Of a stretch of 64,000 nt of DNA, positions 10,970-23,146 are shown one piece after another. The stretch covers positions 797,370 through 861,369 of the forward strand of contig MU008175.1 of NCBI GenBank assembly GCA_010909165.1, in the 5' to 3' direction. Position 1 is the stretch's first letter; the number at the start of each line of letters is the position of its first letter. The translations under genes and the position numbers were made by a program. This DNA comes from Anthoceros angustus. Its lineage: Eukaryota; Plantae; Anthocerotophyta. Below the pieces are notes generated by a model, which saw nothing but the letters and a program-made list of their open reading frames with translations, did no database searches and was not told the origin of the DNA.

Positions 10970-13348
10970 TTATAAAAAGTTTTTACTTTTTTCGTTAGTC
11001 TGCCTGGGATTACGTAATGCATTGGGGCCCAATGCAGTTGAAGCTGTGGCACGGATGCTTGTATAAAAGTAGTTTTCCGTCCCGGAGCGCTTGTCATTCC
11101 CGACCAGAAAGCTATGAACCACACCGTCCATGTCTGTCCACCAGCTCTGACCTGGCTGCTTCCAAGCCCCAATTCCTGTTCTCTTCACCTGCATCTCCAG
11201 TGCCTGGTCCCACATTTGGGCAGTGGCATATATGTTGGACATCAGCACATATGGTGCGGCATCGTTCTCGTCCAGCTTCACTGCTTCATCGAAAGCATAT
11301 CGTCCCAACTCCACATTGCACCACTTTTGACAAGCACCCAATACAGTGCTCCAGATTGTAACAGTAGCCTGTACAGGCATCGTCCTCACCAAGGCTAGTG
11401 ATTCCTCCAGTTGGCCTGCACGGCCGAGGAGATCCACCATGCATGTGTAGTGCTCCACCGTGGGCATGATCCCATAGCGTTTGCTCATAGCTTCAAAGTA
11501 CTCTTGGCCCTTGTCCACCAGACCCAAATGACTGCATACTGTTAGTATACTGAGGAACGTAATGCTGTCTGGCTCTATGCCATCCTCTCTCATTTTCTGA
11601 ACCAAGTGAAAGACGGCTTTACTGTGTCCTTGGCAGGTGTACCCGGCAATCAATGCAGACCAGGTGACAACACTTCTCTCTGGCAGTGCATCAAACACTT
11701 CCTGTGCATCAACCATGCTCCCTGACTTTGCGTACATGTTTATCAAACTGCTGGCTACAAACACATCATCTTCAAGCCCTTGTGCTCTAATCTGTTCATG
11801 AAGCTGCCTGCCTAGATGCAAAGCTGCCACATTTGCACATGCCTGAAGGAGGAACACAAATGTCACAGAATCAGGTATGCTGAGGCCTTCTTCTTGCATA
11901 GAAAGGTACAGATGAAGGGCTTCCTGGCCCATGCCCGGCTGGGAATATCCTGCTATGAGAGCGGTCCAGGTCACCACATCTTTTTTACCAAGTCCATCAA
12001 ACATGTCCTGAGCATCCTTTAGGCTGCCACACTTGACATACATGTTTACCAGATTGTTGGCTACAAACACATCCGCTTGAAGTCCTTGTTGCCTTATCTC
12101 TGCATGCAGCTCCTTCCCCTTCTCCAGAGCTGGTGCGCCCACACTTGCACATGCCTGTAGGAGGCACGCAAACGTCACAGAATCGGGTGCAGCAATTCCT
12201 TCGTCTTGCATACTGCTATAGAGACGAAGGGCTTCCTGGCCCATCCCCTGCTGGGAATACCCTGCAATGAGAGCAGTCCAAGTCACCACAGTCTTCTGAC
12301 CAAGTGCATCAAAGACTCCTTGCGCATCTTCCACGCTACCACACTTGGCATACATATTCACCAAACTGTTGCCTACAAACACATCAGCTTCATGTCCTTC
12401 AGCTCTAATTTGTGCATGAAGCTGCCTTCCCATCTCCAAAGCTGCCGTGCCCACACTGGCACATGCCTGCAGCAAGCACAGATATGTCACAGGATTGGGT
12501 ACCACAACGCCTTCCTCCCGCATAGCCTTGTAAAGCTGAAGGGCTTCCTCCCCCATGCTCTGCTGGGAATATCCTGCTATCATTGCACTCCACGTCACCA
12601 CATCTTTCTCACCAAGTCCATCAAACACTCTTTGAGCGTCTTTCAGGCTGCCACATTTCGCATACATGTCGACCAAGCAATTCCAAACGAACAAATTAGG
12701 CTCAATGCCACTAGCCAACACATGAGCATGCACCTGCTGCCCAGTTTTCAAGTCTGCTCCCTTTGCACAAGCCTGAAGGGCTGCTACGAACACATGGCCA
12801 TGTGGCTTCACACCTGACCTGCACATGCGATGATACAGCTCTATGGCCTGCTTATCCCGGCCGTGTTTACCATGCGCAGAAATTATGACAGACCACGTGT
12901 AGGCATCTGGTCTGGGCACCAGAGTAAACACATCCATAGCTTCTTCCAACCTGGCATGGGAAGCATATAGTCGCAGAATGTGGTTGCACAGGAACGTGTC
13001 CGATTCGTACCCCGCCTTAACGATCAGAGCATGCACAAGGCGGCCCAGAAACAAATCCTTCTGACCCACACATTCCTTCAGGAGCCTGTAACAGAGAAAT
13101 TTGGAAATTCGACTGTGTGTCTGCACCAGAGCTCCCATAACTTCCACAGCGGCCGTGAACTGTCCCTGCTGACATAGTTTGCTCACTGCTTCAGCCGTTA
13201 CGCCTCTTTCGTATGTTGCAGGACCCCAGCAGTGGCCACGACCCACCCAAGATGCCTTTCCGGGAACGGAGGTGCCCAACGGATGGTTCCTTGAAGTCAG
13301 GTGTGAGGGACCTCTTCCAAAAATTCCTGTTAGCTTCCACAAACCCAT
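10970..13348 (-). CDS. Intronless PLS-class PPR protein with E domains and WW-type PG box, DYW deaminase truncated
   Basis: 792-aa ORF with P-L-S triplets, HYTCMVDLLGRAG, YVLMSNIYA and KQPGQSWW. No HSE/CxxC motifs follow. Confidence 0.93.
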   Translation of the reverse strand: MGLWKLTGIFGRGPSHLTSRNHPLGTSVPGKASWVGRGHCWGPATYERGVTAEAVSKLCQQGQFTAAVEVMGALVQTHSRISKFLCYRLLKECVGQKDLFLGRLVHALIVKAGYESDTFLCNHILRLYASHARLEEAMDVFTLVPRPDAYTWSVIISAHGKHGRDKQAIELYHRMCRSGVKPHGHVFVAALQACAKGADLKTGQQVHAHVLASGIEPNLFVWNCLVDMYAKCGSLKDAQRVFDGLGEKDVVTWSAMIAGYSQQSMGEEALQLYKAMREEGVVVPNPVTYLCLLQACASVGTAALEMGRQLHAQIRAEGHEADVFVGNSLVNMYAKCGSVEDAQGVFDALGQKTVVTWTALIAGYSQQGMGQEALRLYSSMQDEGIAAPDSVTFACLLQACASVGAPALEKGKELHAEIRQQGLQADVFVANNLVNMYVKCGSLKDAQDMFDGLGKKDVVTWTALIAGYSQPGMGQEALHLYLSMQEEGLSIPDSVTFVFLLQACANVAALHLGRQLHEQIRAQGLEDDVFVASSLINMYAKSGSMVDAQEVFDALPERSVVTWSALIAGYTCQGHSKAVFHLVQKMREDGIEPDSITFLSILTVCSHLGLVDKGQEYFEAMSKRYGIMPTVEHYTCMVDLLGRAGQLEESLALVRTMPVQATVTIWSTVLGACQKWCNVELGRYAFDEAVKLDENDAAPYVLMSNIYATAQMWDQALEMQVKRTGIGAWKQPGQSWWTDMDGVVHSFLVGNDKRSGTENYFYTSIRATASTALGPNALRNPRQTNEKSKNFL

Positions 13349-13924
13349 GGACCACGAGGTCTTCCACTTGGCCGGCTGAGGCTGGGGCTGAGGCTGAGGT
13401 TGGAGCTGGGGCTGGGGCTGGGGCTGGGCACGCCCGGTATGCCCACCAGCAGGTCATGAGCCTGACCTGTGTTTGGCCAACATCAGCACTTGGAGTAGCA
13501 GGCTTGCAAGACAGGGTCATTGCCAGCGCCGAGCAAATCGAAGCCAGTAAGATTCTAGATCCGCAAATCACCACTGCACTTGTTGCCCACCAGCGGCAGC
13601 TGAGTAGCTGACTTGGGCATCCGCGACACTAGTTCCAGCAACCGCCATAGATTACACGAACGTCGGTTTTGAAATGTATGCATGTGGTTTTGTGTTGAGC
13701 AAGGTGACTGACTTCACACATGGTCTCTCAAAGTGCGCACAAACCAGTACCAAAAACTAACGCGTTAAAACTGTACAAATTACCGAAATTTCGCTTCCAC
13801 AACTTGTCAGATTATGTTTCACGGGTACAACATTATGTCTATACAGTTCAGGCAGGGCCACCACATAATCAAATCCGAAGTAACACAAGCCTCGGGCCAC
13901 CGCAAGAAAAGACTGGCCACACCT

Positions 13925-14848
13925 CTATGCCGTGACACCGACCAGCTTAGGCAGCAAAGGCATGTAGACGGAACCAGGGTCACAAAGGATGCTCAACGCT
14001 ACACACCATGAAAATGGTCAGATTCTCAGGTGGCACACAACAGTTCTCGAGCTCAAGTTAGAGGAGTCGCCCCTTCCCACTATCCCTGTGGTAGCAGTTG
14101 CCATCCTTAGATAAACCACCTCAAATTTGCCCCTGTCACCTCCTAGATCAACCTATGAATCACCCCCTGACCATATTTAGAATCACCATCGGCTGCCCTT
14201 CCTACCAACAACAGGTCCAGGCCAGGATAAGCTGAAACAACCTTGTCAGCATCTATATGTTGCCTTCACGTCTGTTGTGCATGTCATGGTCGAGTCATCC
14301 GTTTCAGAGTCGTAAACCACCACAGTAGGCGCAACACGAGACAGATGAGTCCGAGACATGGTTCAGCCTTGAGAGCAGGAGTCCCCCACAAACCCTATCA
14401 GCTGGAGCTCGGAGTCCGCACCAAGGGTGTGAATAGGCACAGCATTACGAGTGCCGTGAAACGGATTCCACAAGCCCATGTTGCTGGTGAGGCGCCCGTC
14501 TTCCTGAAACCCCAGAAATCCACTTCCGGCAAGGAACTTGCCCCCCACGCCATCAGGACACATGCACGCACCAGGCCGCCTGTGAGAACTCCCGGATCGC
14601 AAGCTGTAAGAACACGGCGTCAGAACAGCAGTATGCTCCTCCTCCTTGTCACAGTAGGCAGAAGTGAACACCCACGGCTCCTCCCTCACCGCCAGCTCCG
14701 CATGAATCCTCCGGGCTCGAGTTGATAGCAAACTCCTATACCAATTCTTGCATCCTAATTGGGACTTGAAGAGGTCGGCCAAGGGCAGATATGGCACAAT
14801 CCTCTCCAAGATGTCCCCTGGCAGCAGCTTCTGGAGCTCCTCCCCCAT
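13925..14848 (-). pseudogene. F-box protein gene, apparently disrupted
   Basis: F-box LPGDILERIVPYLPLADLFKSQLGCKNW, then EPWVF and GLWNPF. The ORF stops at 14363, but a VVVYDSET motif typical of this family lies further downstream. The 3' boundary is approximate. Confidence 0.6.
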
Positions 14849-15454
14849 CGCTCCAGCTCGGGCTACTAGGCTGTTCCCCCTGAGTCCTCCAATTCCAAGT
14901 CACGCAGACTGCCATGCGAGATTACACCGCCCCCCATGCTCACCTTACAAGAGCACCGCCAGCTGCAGCGCATAGAGCTTGCAGGAGATGAGTAGCCTCA
15001 CAACCACCAATCCCGTCAGCAGCAGCGCGTTCACAATGATGAACCCCATGGACGCAATCCAGGACGAAACTCAGGACGAAACTCAGGACGCAACAACGCA
15101 ATTCGCAATCAGACAGTAGATAAGGAGCCACTGCAATCCTCACACCAAGGACCCGTTGCTAGCAGCCGCATAATCCACGCGGACGGCAGAAATGGTAAAA
15201 GGTTCCAGAGGTGCACGCCTTTCTTGCGAATAGACGGGGACTGGGACTGAGGACAGAAACGCATAATAACGCGAACGGACAACAGACACGTTTCCCAAGT
15301 CAGGATGTTACGGCGAACGGGATACCGGTTTTCAAGGACTGTGTTAAGCGAACTACACGCCGACGGCTATTTATAGTTTCACCGGTCCGATTAACGAGAC
15401 ACTTTTTCGGTTCTTCTTACTACCGTAGTTATTGTCTAGGTACATATGTACTGT

Positions 15455-16987
15455 TTACTCGTCTGGCTCCTCGTCCGAGTTGGCGAGAAAGGAACCCAAG
15501 GACTGTTTTAGAAGGTTAAAGGATTTCTCCTCCTGTAACAATTCGAATCAAAATCGGCTAAAGGGATCAGAAAGCGTCAATAACTGATCCTTGGAAATGT
15601 TCAAGCAGAATCTCATGCACAGTTGCAGCTGAGAATCAGTAACAGGACGGGATCAGGAAAGCCATGTACAGTATATACCTTCTTGTTTTTCAAGAGCATT
15701 TGCTCCACCTTTTCGATCTTCTCTGCACATATCTTTTGCAGCTCGGCCAGAGAAGCCTTTTCCTTTTTCTCTGCAGAGTATACCAGCCCATTAGCGGAAG
15801 TGTCTAGGATAAAGCACCTTCAGGCTTCAACTATTGCCCTCGGGGCTAAACACGTCACGCTTGGAAGTTTTGCCGCACTCACTCTGCTGATCGTAGCGCA
15901 CACTCAGTTTATCTTTGAAATCTTCGAACTTCGCAAATACTTCTGTGGATGAGTATGCAAAGGCCACCCGCATCAGCTGATCATGTTCTACACACCGTAT
16001 TCAATCTACCCATCACAGAATTTGTAGGTCGCTTAGCCGGCAGTCAAATTCCAAATTGCCGTGCGTCCGTACCTTCGTAGGTCTGCAAGTGTTTGGCCTT
16101 TTCTTTGCAAAAATTATCATAAAGCTCTTGGTACTTTGTGGACTCGATCTTCAGCGAAGTTTCACTCTGTTATAGCCAGCGAGTCATATAGAGAGTTTGA
16201 GGCCACGACAGATCGACCATCAGCTCAAATTGCACGTTTGCAGCTACTCACATCTTTGCAAGTTTTTGTCGCAGCTTTCACGAGCGCTTGCCTGCTCAGC
16301 ACAGATGAGTCATACCAAGATCACCTTCTGGAAACGGCATTTTTTGTGCATATCAAGTTTACTATGTGGCCAACTGCACTAACTGCACGAATCTTGGTCA
16401 AAATAACCGGATGCAACTGATCATGGAAGCAACACATACCTCTCCTTCTCAGCTTTAACTTTGGCTTCATCCAATACTGTTCTGAGTTCGGCATGCAAGC
16501 TGCGGTTCATAGTTCCGTAGCTCAGCTAGCCACTTGAACTACCTACCTATGTCCGACCGCCTGCGAATGTAAGACGAGACAGGAAAAGAGGACCTCATAA
16601 TCAAGTACCTATTGATCAATTCTTCATTCCTCCTCTGACCATCGCTTTTCGCTTTCTGTCGAACTTGCTGTAAGGCTGCGAGAATGCCTTTTATTTCACT
16701 GGTAGGCCTTGCATGCAAGCTCCGATCCATTAGCAACAATGCGGTCTGTTATTTGTTCAAATCGGTTGCAAGCATTACAACAATTTGGGACAGTATCGGT
16801 CATGCACTAGAGCTGCAGAAATACATAGATCAGCTCCGGATTCCTCTCAGCACCTGGAGAGATTGCTTTCCAAATCATCGTCAGCACTGGAACGCGTAGT
16901 GGAAGCCGCCGGTGCGCCTACAATGTCCTTCGGCGGCGCTTCCCTCATGCGCTTCTTACTCGCCAGATCCGCAGTCATCGCCGTCAT
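15455..16987 (-). CDS. ASY4: Meiotic axis coiled-coil protein ASY4-like, 8 exons
   Basis: Spliced by hand with GT-AG introns: ...NLSSEIKGILAALQQVRQKAKSDGQRRNEELINSLHAELRTVLDEAKVKAEKERQALVKAATKTCKDSETSLKIESTKYQELYDNFCKEKAKHLQ...FAKFEDFKDKLSVRYDQQKKKEK...EEKSFNLLKQSLGSFLANSDEEPDE*. Colinear with Arabidopsis ASY4 as I remember it. Confidence 0.85.
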
Positions 16988-17904
16988 CTCCACATTTACC
17001 AAGGCACGGCACTCGCAAGTTGCGGTCTCTCAGGAGCCACTCTCCGTAAACACTATTCCATAATACGACGGTTTTCTAGGTTTGCAAATTTGACGACTCA
17101 TATGACCAGTGATAAGGTCCCCATTGAGGCACCGGAGGTCCCATTTAAAAGACGTTGGACTCCAGATGTGTCTGAAGCCAAAAGAAAGAGACTGATCGAT
17201 TGCATGGAGTGGAGCGGACAATGCCATCAAAATGAAGCAGTTTCCATGAAGCCTAGTACAAGAAGTGACCTGCGCCTGCCTTTCAGGCCTAACTATTGTC
17301 ACTTCTGTTACTGAGCTTGGATGATGGAACTGCGAACTCTGCTCACGGATTTGCTATACACCTGGTGGGCTCTGAGGAAGTAGACGCATGAGTCGATGAG
17401 GGGACTTCTGTGAGGTACTTACGGTCCAGGTTGAGTGAGGTCCCAAGAGCAAGAACTTCCACCAAGCATTTGGAAATGAACCTGTTTAGATGATCCAAAT
17501 GACATGAGAAACCACGAGGGATGGAACATGCAGATCAGCATGCTACAACACAAATTGGAGAGCTTTGTAGTCCTTACCTCCCACGGTTACCACCGGAGCT
17601 TTGCAGCTGGCGTTGGTAAGCATTTCATCGTCTCCAAGCATCTGCGCGCAGCTGTAGTCGAGTCTTAGTGGCCACCCTGCTGACTGCTCCAAGCAGAAGA
17701 TCTTACCAAATCATTTAACAGGACTCATGCATCAAGCAAACTGGATAGACTCACTAGACAAAGACTATAACGTAATGGCTAAGCATTTCAACTCCAACAG
17801 ACCTATGATAGATAAGTTCGGGCAGCTTTTCTTTCTTGTGCCGTACCCCAAACACGCAACGGGGAGATTCTGAGGTTTCCAACGGTTTAGTCTTTACCAG
17901 TAAG

Positions 17905-20900
17905 CTACGCCGCATGCTGGTGGTGGGGGGTGGCACTGATATCTCCGTCTAAAAGTGAGTTGATGATGTCAGTTGCATCTTCACCATCAAGGGGATCATC
18001 CACAATGCGGTTCATGTTCTTGTACAGCTGCCTTCGCACAAGCCTTTCATAAACTCCACTCTTATCCAGCAGCTCGTCATGGGTACCTCTCTCCACGATA
18101 GCACCTTTTTCCATCACGGCAATCACGTCCGCATTGCGGACTGTTGACAGCCTGTGTGCTACAAGCACAATAGTGGGTCTGTCACCTTCAGCATTGACCA
18201 TCAACCTGTCCAGTGCCTGCTGCACCAAAGCTTCACTTTCTGTGTCAAGAGCACTTGTCGCCTCATCCAGAAGCAGAACTTTTGGTCTTCGTAACAACAT
18301 CCGAGCAATAGCAATCCGCTGCCGCTGACCACCGGACACACGAACACCTCGCTCGCCAACACGAGTGGCATATCCTTCAGGAAACCTCATGATAAAATCA
18401 TGAGCGTTTGCAAGTCTTGCAGCCTCCTCTACCTGCAAATATGGAATACCATTTACCCTGGGGATAAGGAACAGCACAATCGATACAGGAGGAAGTTGGG
18501 ACGACAAGGAACCGAACGACAAAGCTAATTGCTTTTGGCATAGGTCTTACTTCTTCCTGTGTCAGAGTCCTAGTCAGACCGTATGTCATGTTCTCAAAGA
18601 TGGAACAAGCAAACATTTGAGTGTCTTGTGCAACAAGGCCAATGTGCTTGTGTGCCGATTTTAAGTTGAGATCCCGCAGATCCCAGCCATCCAGAAGAAT
18701 ACGCCCTTGAGTTGGATCGTAGAACCTGGAAAGGTTTTCAAGTAAAACGTTAAACTAGCTCTTGAATGCACACATTCAGCATGGATAGGACTAAAAGAGC
18801 AATTTTGCTCCTACGCCTTTGAATTTGAAAACAGTTAGTATCCAGCAAAGGCTAACAAAAGGGTGAAGTAAGAAAAGGGATCAAATAGGAGTCATACCGC
18901 ATCAAAAGGTGCACAATTGTGGACTTTCCACCCCCACTGCGTCCCACCAAAGCACAAACTTCTCCTTTGCCAACATGCAGAGAAACCCCGTTCAAGACTT
19001 TGTGCTGGGGTCTCATTTGATAGTGGAAATGCACATTCTCGAGCTTTATATCTCCATGCAGGCTTGCAAGGGATGTGCCTTTGTGAGGATCAATATCTGG
19101 CAGGGCATCCACCAAAGACAGGACACGTTGAGCTGCACCTGCTGCCCTCGTAAGGGACATGAGGACTGACATTATGCTTTTGTAGCCAGACTGAATCAGG
19201 TTCCAATATAGCTGAAATGTGATGAGTTTCCCCATCGAAAGCTTTTCCCGCATCACCAATACTCCTCCATACCACAAGATCAAAACAGATGCCCCAAGAT
19301 CAAGCCAGTCGTTGACTGCTACCGCTCCAGCATAAGCATATGCATCTCGTACACCCTTCTTCATGGCTGCATGAGTCTTAGACTTGAACCTAAACCAAGC
19401 CAGCATAGCACAGGACGATTAGCAACCAAAGTTGCTACATTGATGCGATGCCATGAAACCTCTCTGCCACTCTTGGGGAGGGTCTCACTCTTAGCTTTAC
19501 ATCTATCATAAGGAACCTCAGAAACTTAGACATGGCACCAAGGGTGCCATGTCTAAGCAAGCAAGCAATTCACAATGAACATACCGGTCTATTTCCACAT
19601 CCTCTGTTGAGAAAGCACGAACAGTGCGCACATTTCCCAAGGCCTCAGAAGCTACAGAGTTTGCTTCTGCCAACACGGCGTATCTCTTCCGGTTGAGCTC
19701 ACGAGACCAGCGTGAATATACAGCTGTTATGTGCATAATCGGAGCCATGGTGGTGAAGGCAAGCATACTAAGCTTCCAGCTGATGATGAAGCACATGACG
19801 AATCCACCGATGAGGGATATTAAATTACGAACCAAGGAAGAGAGCATCCAGTTGAGCGGCTCCGCCATTGAGGAAACATCGTTGGTGAGGCGAGAGGACA
19901 GCTCTCCTGACGTGGTGCTGTCGAAGTAGGCAATATCCTGGATAATAATGCCCATGAACAAGCGATCCTGCAGGGTCTTCAACACTCTCTTGCCTACTAC
20001 AGCAAAGCAGAGGTTCCTCACTGCCTCAAACACCCCCGTAAACACACTAAACACCACCAGCAGCACGACATCCCTCTTGAACACGGACACCGCTCCGCCA
20101 ATCACACTGTCCAGAATCTGGCCTTGCAAATGCGGCAGCACCATGCTCATGAAGGACGAAATCCCCAGAAACAGGAAAGCACACAAAATCAGGCAGGCCT
20201 CCTCTTTGGCAAGAGATATGGCTCTCAACAGATAGGTGTTCTGGTCCACTTCCATCTCCACCCTGAGTCCCCTGTCCCCCCGCAAAATCCCCTCCAGAGC
20301 CAACTGCGCCCCATTGCTCGTGTCCGGGCCAGCATGGTTGAGCGCACGCTGGCTCACCGACTTGAGGTGCAGAGCACGAGAAAGCACCCGGTTAGCATCC
20401 ACCACCCGAGACACCAGAGAGCTCTCCAAATTGATGCACACCACGAACAAACCCATCAAAATCTCCTCCAACAGCGCCACCCGCACATGCAGGATGGTGT
20501 GGGTGGCATCGTACTCGAACTCCAAGCACTTGGCCCCCACATACGCCTGGAACCCAGTACAGCACAAGAAGACGAGGAAGAGCAGAACATCCTTGCTCCT
20601 GGAGGCCGCATCAGGCCCCGTCCCCGTCCCCGCCACCGCATTCCTGTCGCTGGAGTTGCCCAATAACGGGACGCCCAGATCCTGCTCATCCACCTTCCTC
20701 CTGTCAGACAATTTCCGCCTTCCATCGCCCCCAGACCTGCTCCTCCTCTCCTTATTCTCTGCCTCCGTCCACGCACAGCCGCTGGCAAACCACGCCAGGC
20801 CCGTGCAGACCGCGATCCGCAGCACGCAGAGCAGGACTAAGTCGGAAGTATCCCCGGTGAAACTCAGAATCCCCGCCCAGAAATCGCTCCATCCCCGGGT

Positions 20901-21065
20901 GTACACGTGCGCAACGATGTACAAGGCGAGGGAGCAGAGGAAATCCACGCAGAAGACAGAAACCAGAGCCACAATTCTCCTAAACCTCTGCGATTGCGCC
21001 TTCTCCACGTCCGTGGTGCCCAGGTAGACGGGCGTCTCCACCAGCTTTCCGCCCTTCTTCCCCAT
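17905..21065 (-). CDS. Half-size ABCB (TAP/TAPL-like) transporter with an extra N-terminal hydrophobic domain
   Basis: TMD ([29 protein letters not shown]), Walker [10 protein letters not shown], signature [13 protein letters not shown], Walker [12 protein letters not shown] and H-loop AHRLSTV. Confidence 0.92.
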
Positions 21066-21572
21066 GGCAGGCAATCAATGAAGCAAGCGATCCGGTGCTG
21101 GTGCCGGTGCCGGTGCCGCAGCCGCAGCAGCAACAACAACGGCAGCTAGGAAGTGCATGTGGATGCCACTGCGGGCCTGGCCGACACAGACAACGGTCGG
21201 CCCGATGGGACAGATTGCTTCAGGCTTCCGCGATTCGATCCATCTGCAATAAACGCTCCCACCAAACTGCCCGGGCCTGCCCACCCACATGCAATTACCG
21301 CCACTGCCGGCGGACCCACCAGCCAGCCACACAAAACATGAGACCCTGCCAGCGCCAGCACCAGCATCAGCACCAAGTGCGTTGCTAGCGTTTATGTCTG
21401 TCCCATTCCGTGAAGCCTCACGTGCGCGGACAGTGCAGGGCAAGCGAAGATTCCCTCAAGGTACCCGCCCCTGGGATGCGTCATCGATAGCAGATTCCCT
21501 TTGCATTCCATCCGTTTCCGCAGCAGCGTGGGCGTCTGGAGAAGGAAGGGCACGGGATAGAAAGTGAGCAGG

Positions 21573-23033
21573 ATGCACCAGCAGCAGCAACAGCAGCGGG
21601 AGTGGAATCTGCGGAGCGGTCATCATCCATATCACTCTGCGCTTATACAGAGGAGCGCATTGGAGGAGGCGACGCAGCGCGGAGATGGATCTGAGTCTGA
21701 GCCTGACCCGCCGCCTCCAGCGACGCCGGCGCCGCCATCGCTGCCTCCTGGGTGGGAGAAGGCGGTGGACCCAGCCACCGGTTAGTGCCTCTCTGCTTCC
21801 TGATGCTGCCCTGCCCCTGATGCTGCAGCAGGGATTGGTGGGTCATTTGGTGGAGGCGGAATTGGGTGCTGGGGGGAGGGTTTGGGTGTACTCATTCCGG
21901 GCCTGGCCTGGCCTGGCCTGCTTGTCTGCATCCGCATTCCCATCCGCATCCGCAGACCGTTTGACAACCTGGCTTGTCGTTTCACAGGGCAAGTCTACTA
22001 TTACAATGTGGAGCTGAACGTTACTCAGTGGACAAGGCCGACTGCTGCTGCCAGGGCCCAAGAGGAGGATGGGGCGGAACCAGTCTCTTCCTTGCCACTG
22101 CCAGAGACAGGGAACAGCCAGGCAGCATGGCCTGAGCCTGAGTCACTCGGATTCAGCAGGTGTGCTGGGTGTGGGGGATGGGGCCGGGAGGTGGTTCAGG
22201 CCTGGGGCTACTGCAACCATTGCACCAGGTGCGTGTCTCCAGAGCTTGCCATGGCTGTTCTGAACCTCTTCTGCCCATCTACCTGGATGTGGGGTTTTGG
22301 TGCCCTGGCATGTTGCTGTGATGGAACTTAATGTGGTGCTTGTGTGTCTTCCCTTTGCCAGGGAGCTAAACCTTCAGGTCCCTGATCAGCACAGTTCGCT
22401 AGTGCAACCAGTGGGGAGCAGTCCAGCCCAGAGGTGGCAGGTTTTTCCAACGCCTGTTTTCTCCTTTCCTTTTAGTGCATCCAGCTCCAGACTGAATGTG
22501 TTGTATGCTATGAAGGTTAGGTGTGAAGCCACCCTCTGGCAGGAATCCGAGGAAGGTTAAGCAGCGGCAGGTTGAAGATGATGAGCTGGATCCCATGGAC
22601 CCTAGTGCCTACTCTGACGCTCCCAGAGGTGGCTGGTGAGCATCTTGGCTGTTTTGGCTCTCTCTTGATCCATCTCTTGTGCTGTTTGGTTTGCTGTTTG
22701 AGACATGCGCTGACCTGCAACGTCTTCAGGGGGGTGGGCCTCAAAGGCGTGCAGCCAAGGGCTGCTGACACAACGGCATCTGTAAGCTCTCTTCCTATTG
22801 GTGTTGGAATATGGCGACATGTGCATGAGCATTAGGAATTGATTGTCACTGCCGATGGGTGTTTGCAGGGACCACTCTTCCAGCAACGGCCCTACCCGTC
22901 ACCTGGTGCTGTTCTGCGGAAGAATGCAGAGCTTGCTGAAGAACAGAAACAGCGCAAGAAGGTCCCAGATCATGGGCCTGCTGCCAAGAGGGTTAAACTT
23001 GCGGGGATGGTGAAGCCCAGACCTACGAGGTAG
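21573..23033 (+). CDS. WW-domain protein, PQBP1-like
   Basis: Split WW domain [14 protein letters not shown]|[17 protein letters not shown], a CxxC...CxxC segment, and the PQBP1 tail [19 protein letters not shown]...[23 protein letters not shown]. Confidence 0.9.
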
Positions 23034-23146
23034 TGGTTTCACAAGCTCCGACAAGCGCAGGGTTAATTTGTAGCATGTCCCTCCTGACGGCATGCCCAGG
23101 GAATGGAAGCACTGTGGGAAGACGAAGGTCTTGCTGAGAAAGAGGA

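Noticed and set aside
13191-13574. ORF with a PAPAPA repeat as an N-terminal extension of PPR #1
   Set aside because: It is in a different frame from the PPR, and hexamer slippage cannot join them.
17090-17630. Plus-strand ORF fragments between ASY4 and the ABC gene
   Set aside because: Unrecognised and interrupted by stops. Possibly a pseudogene, but unsupported.
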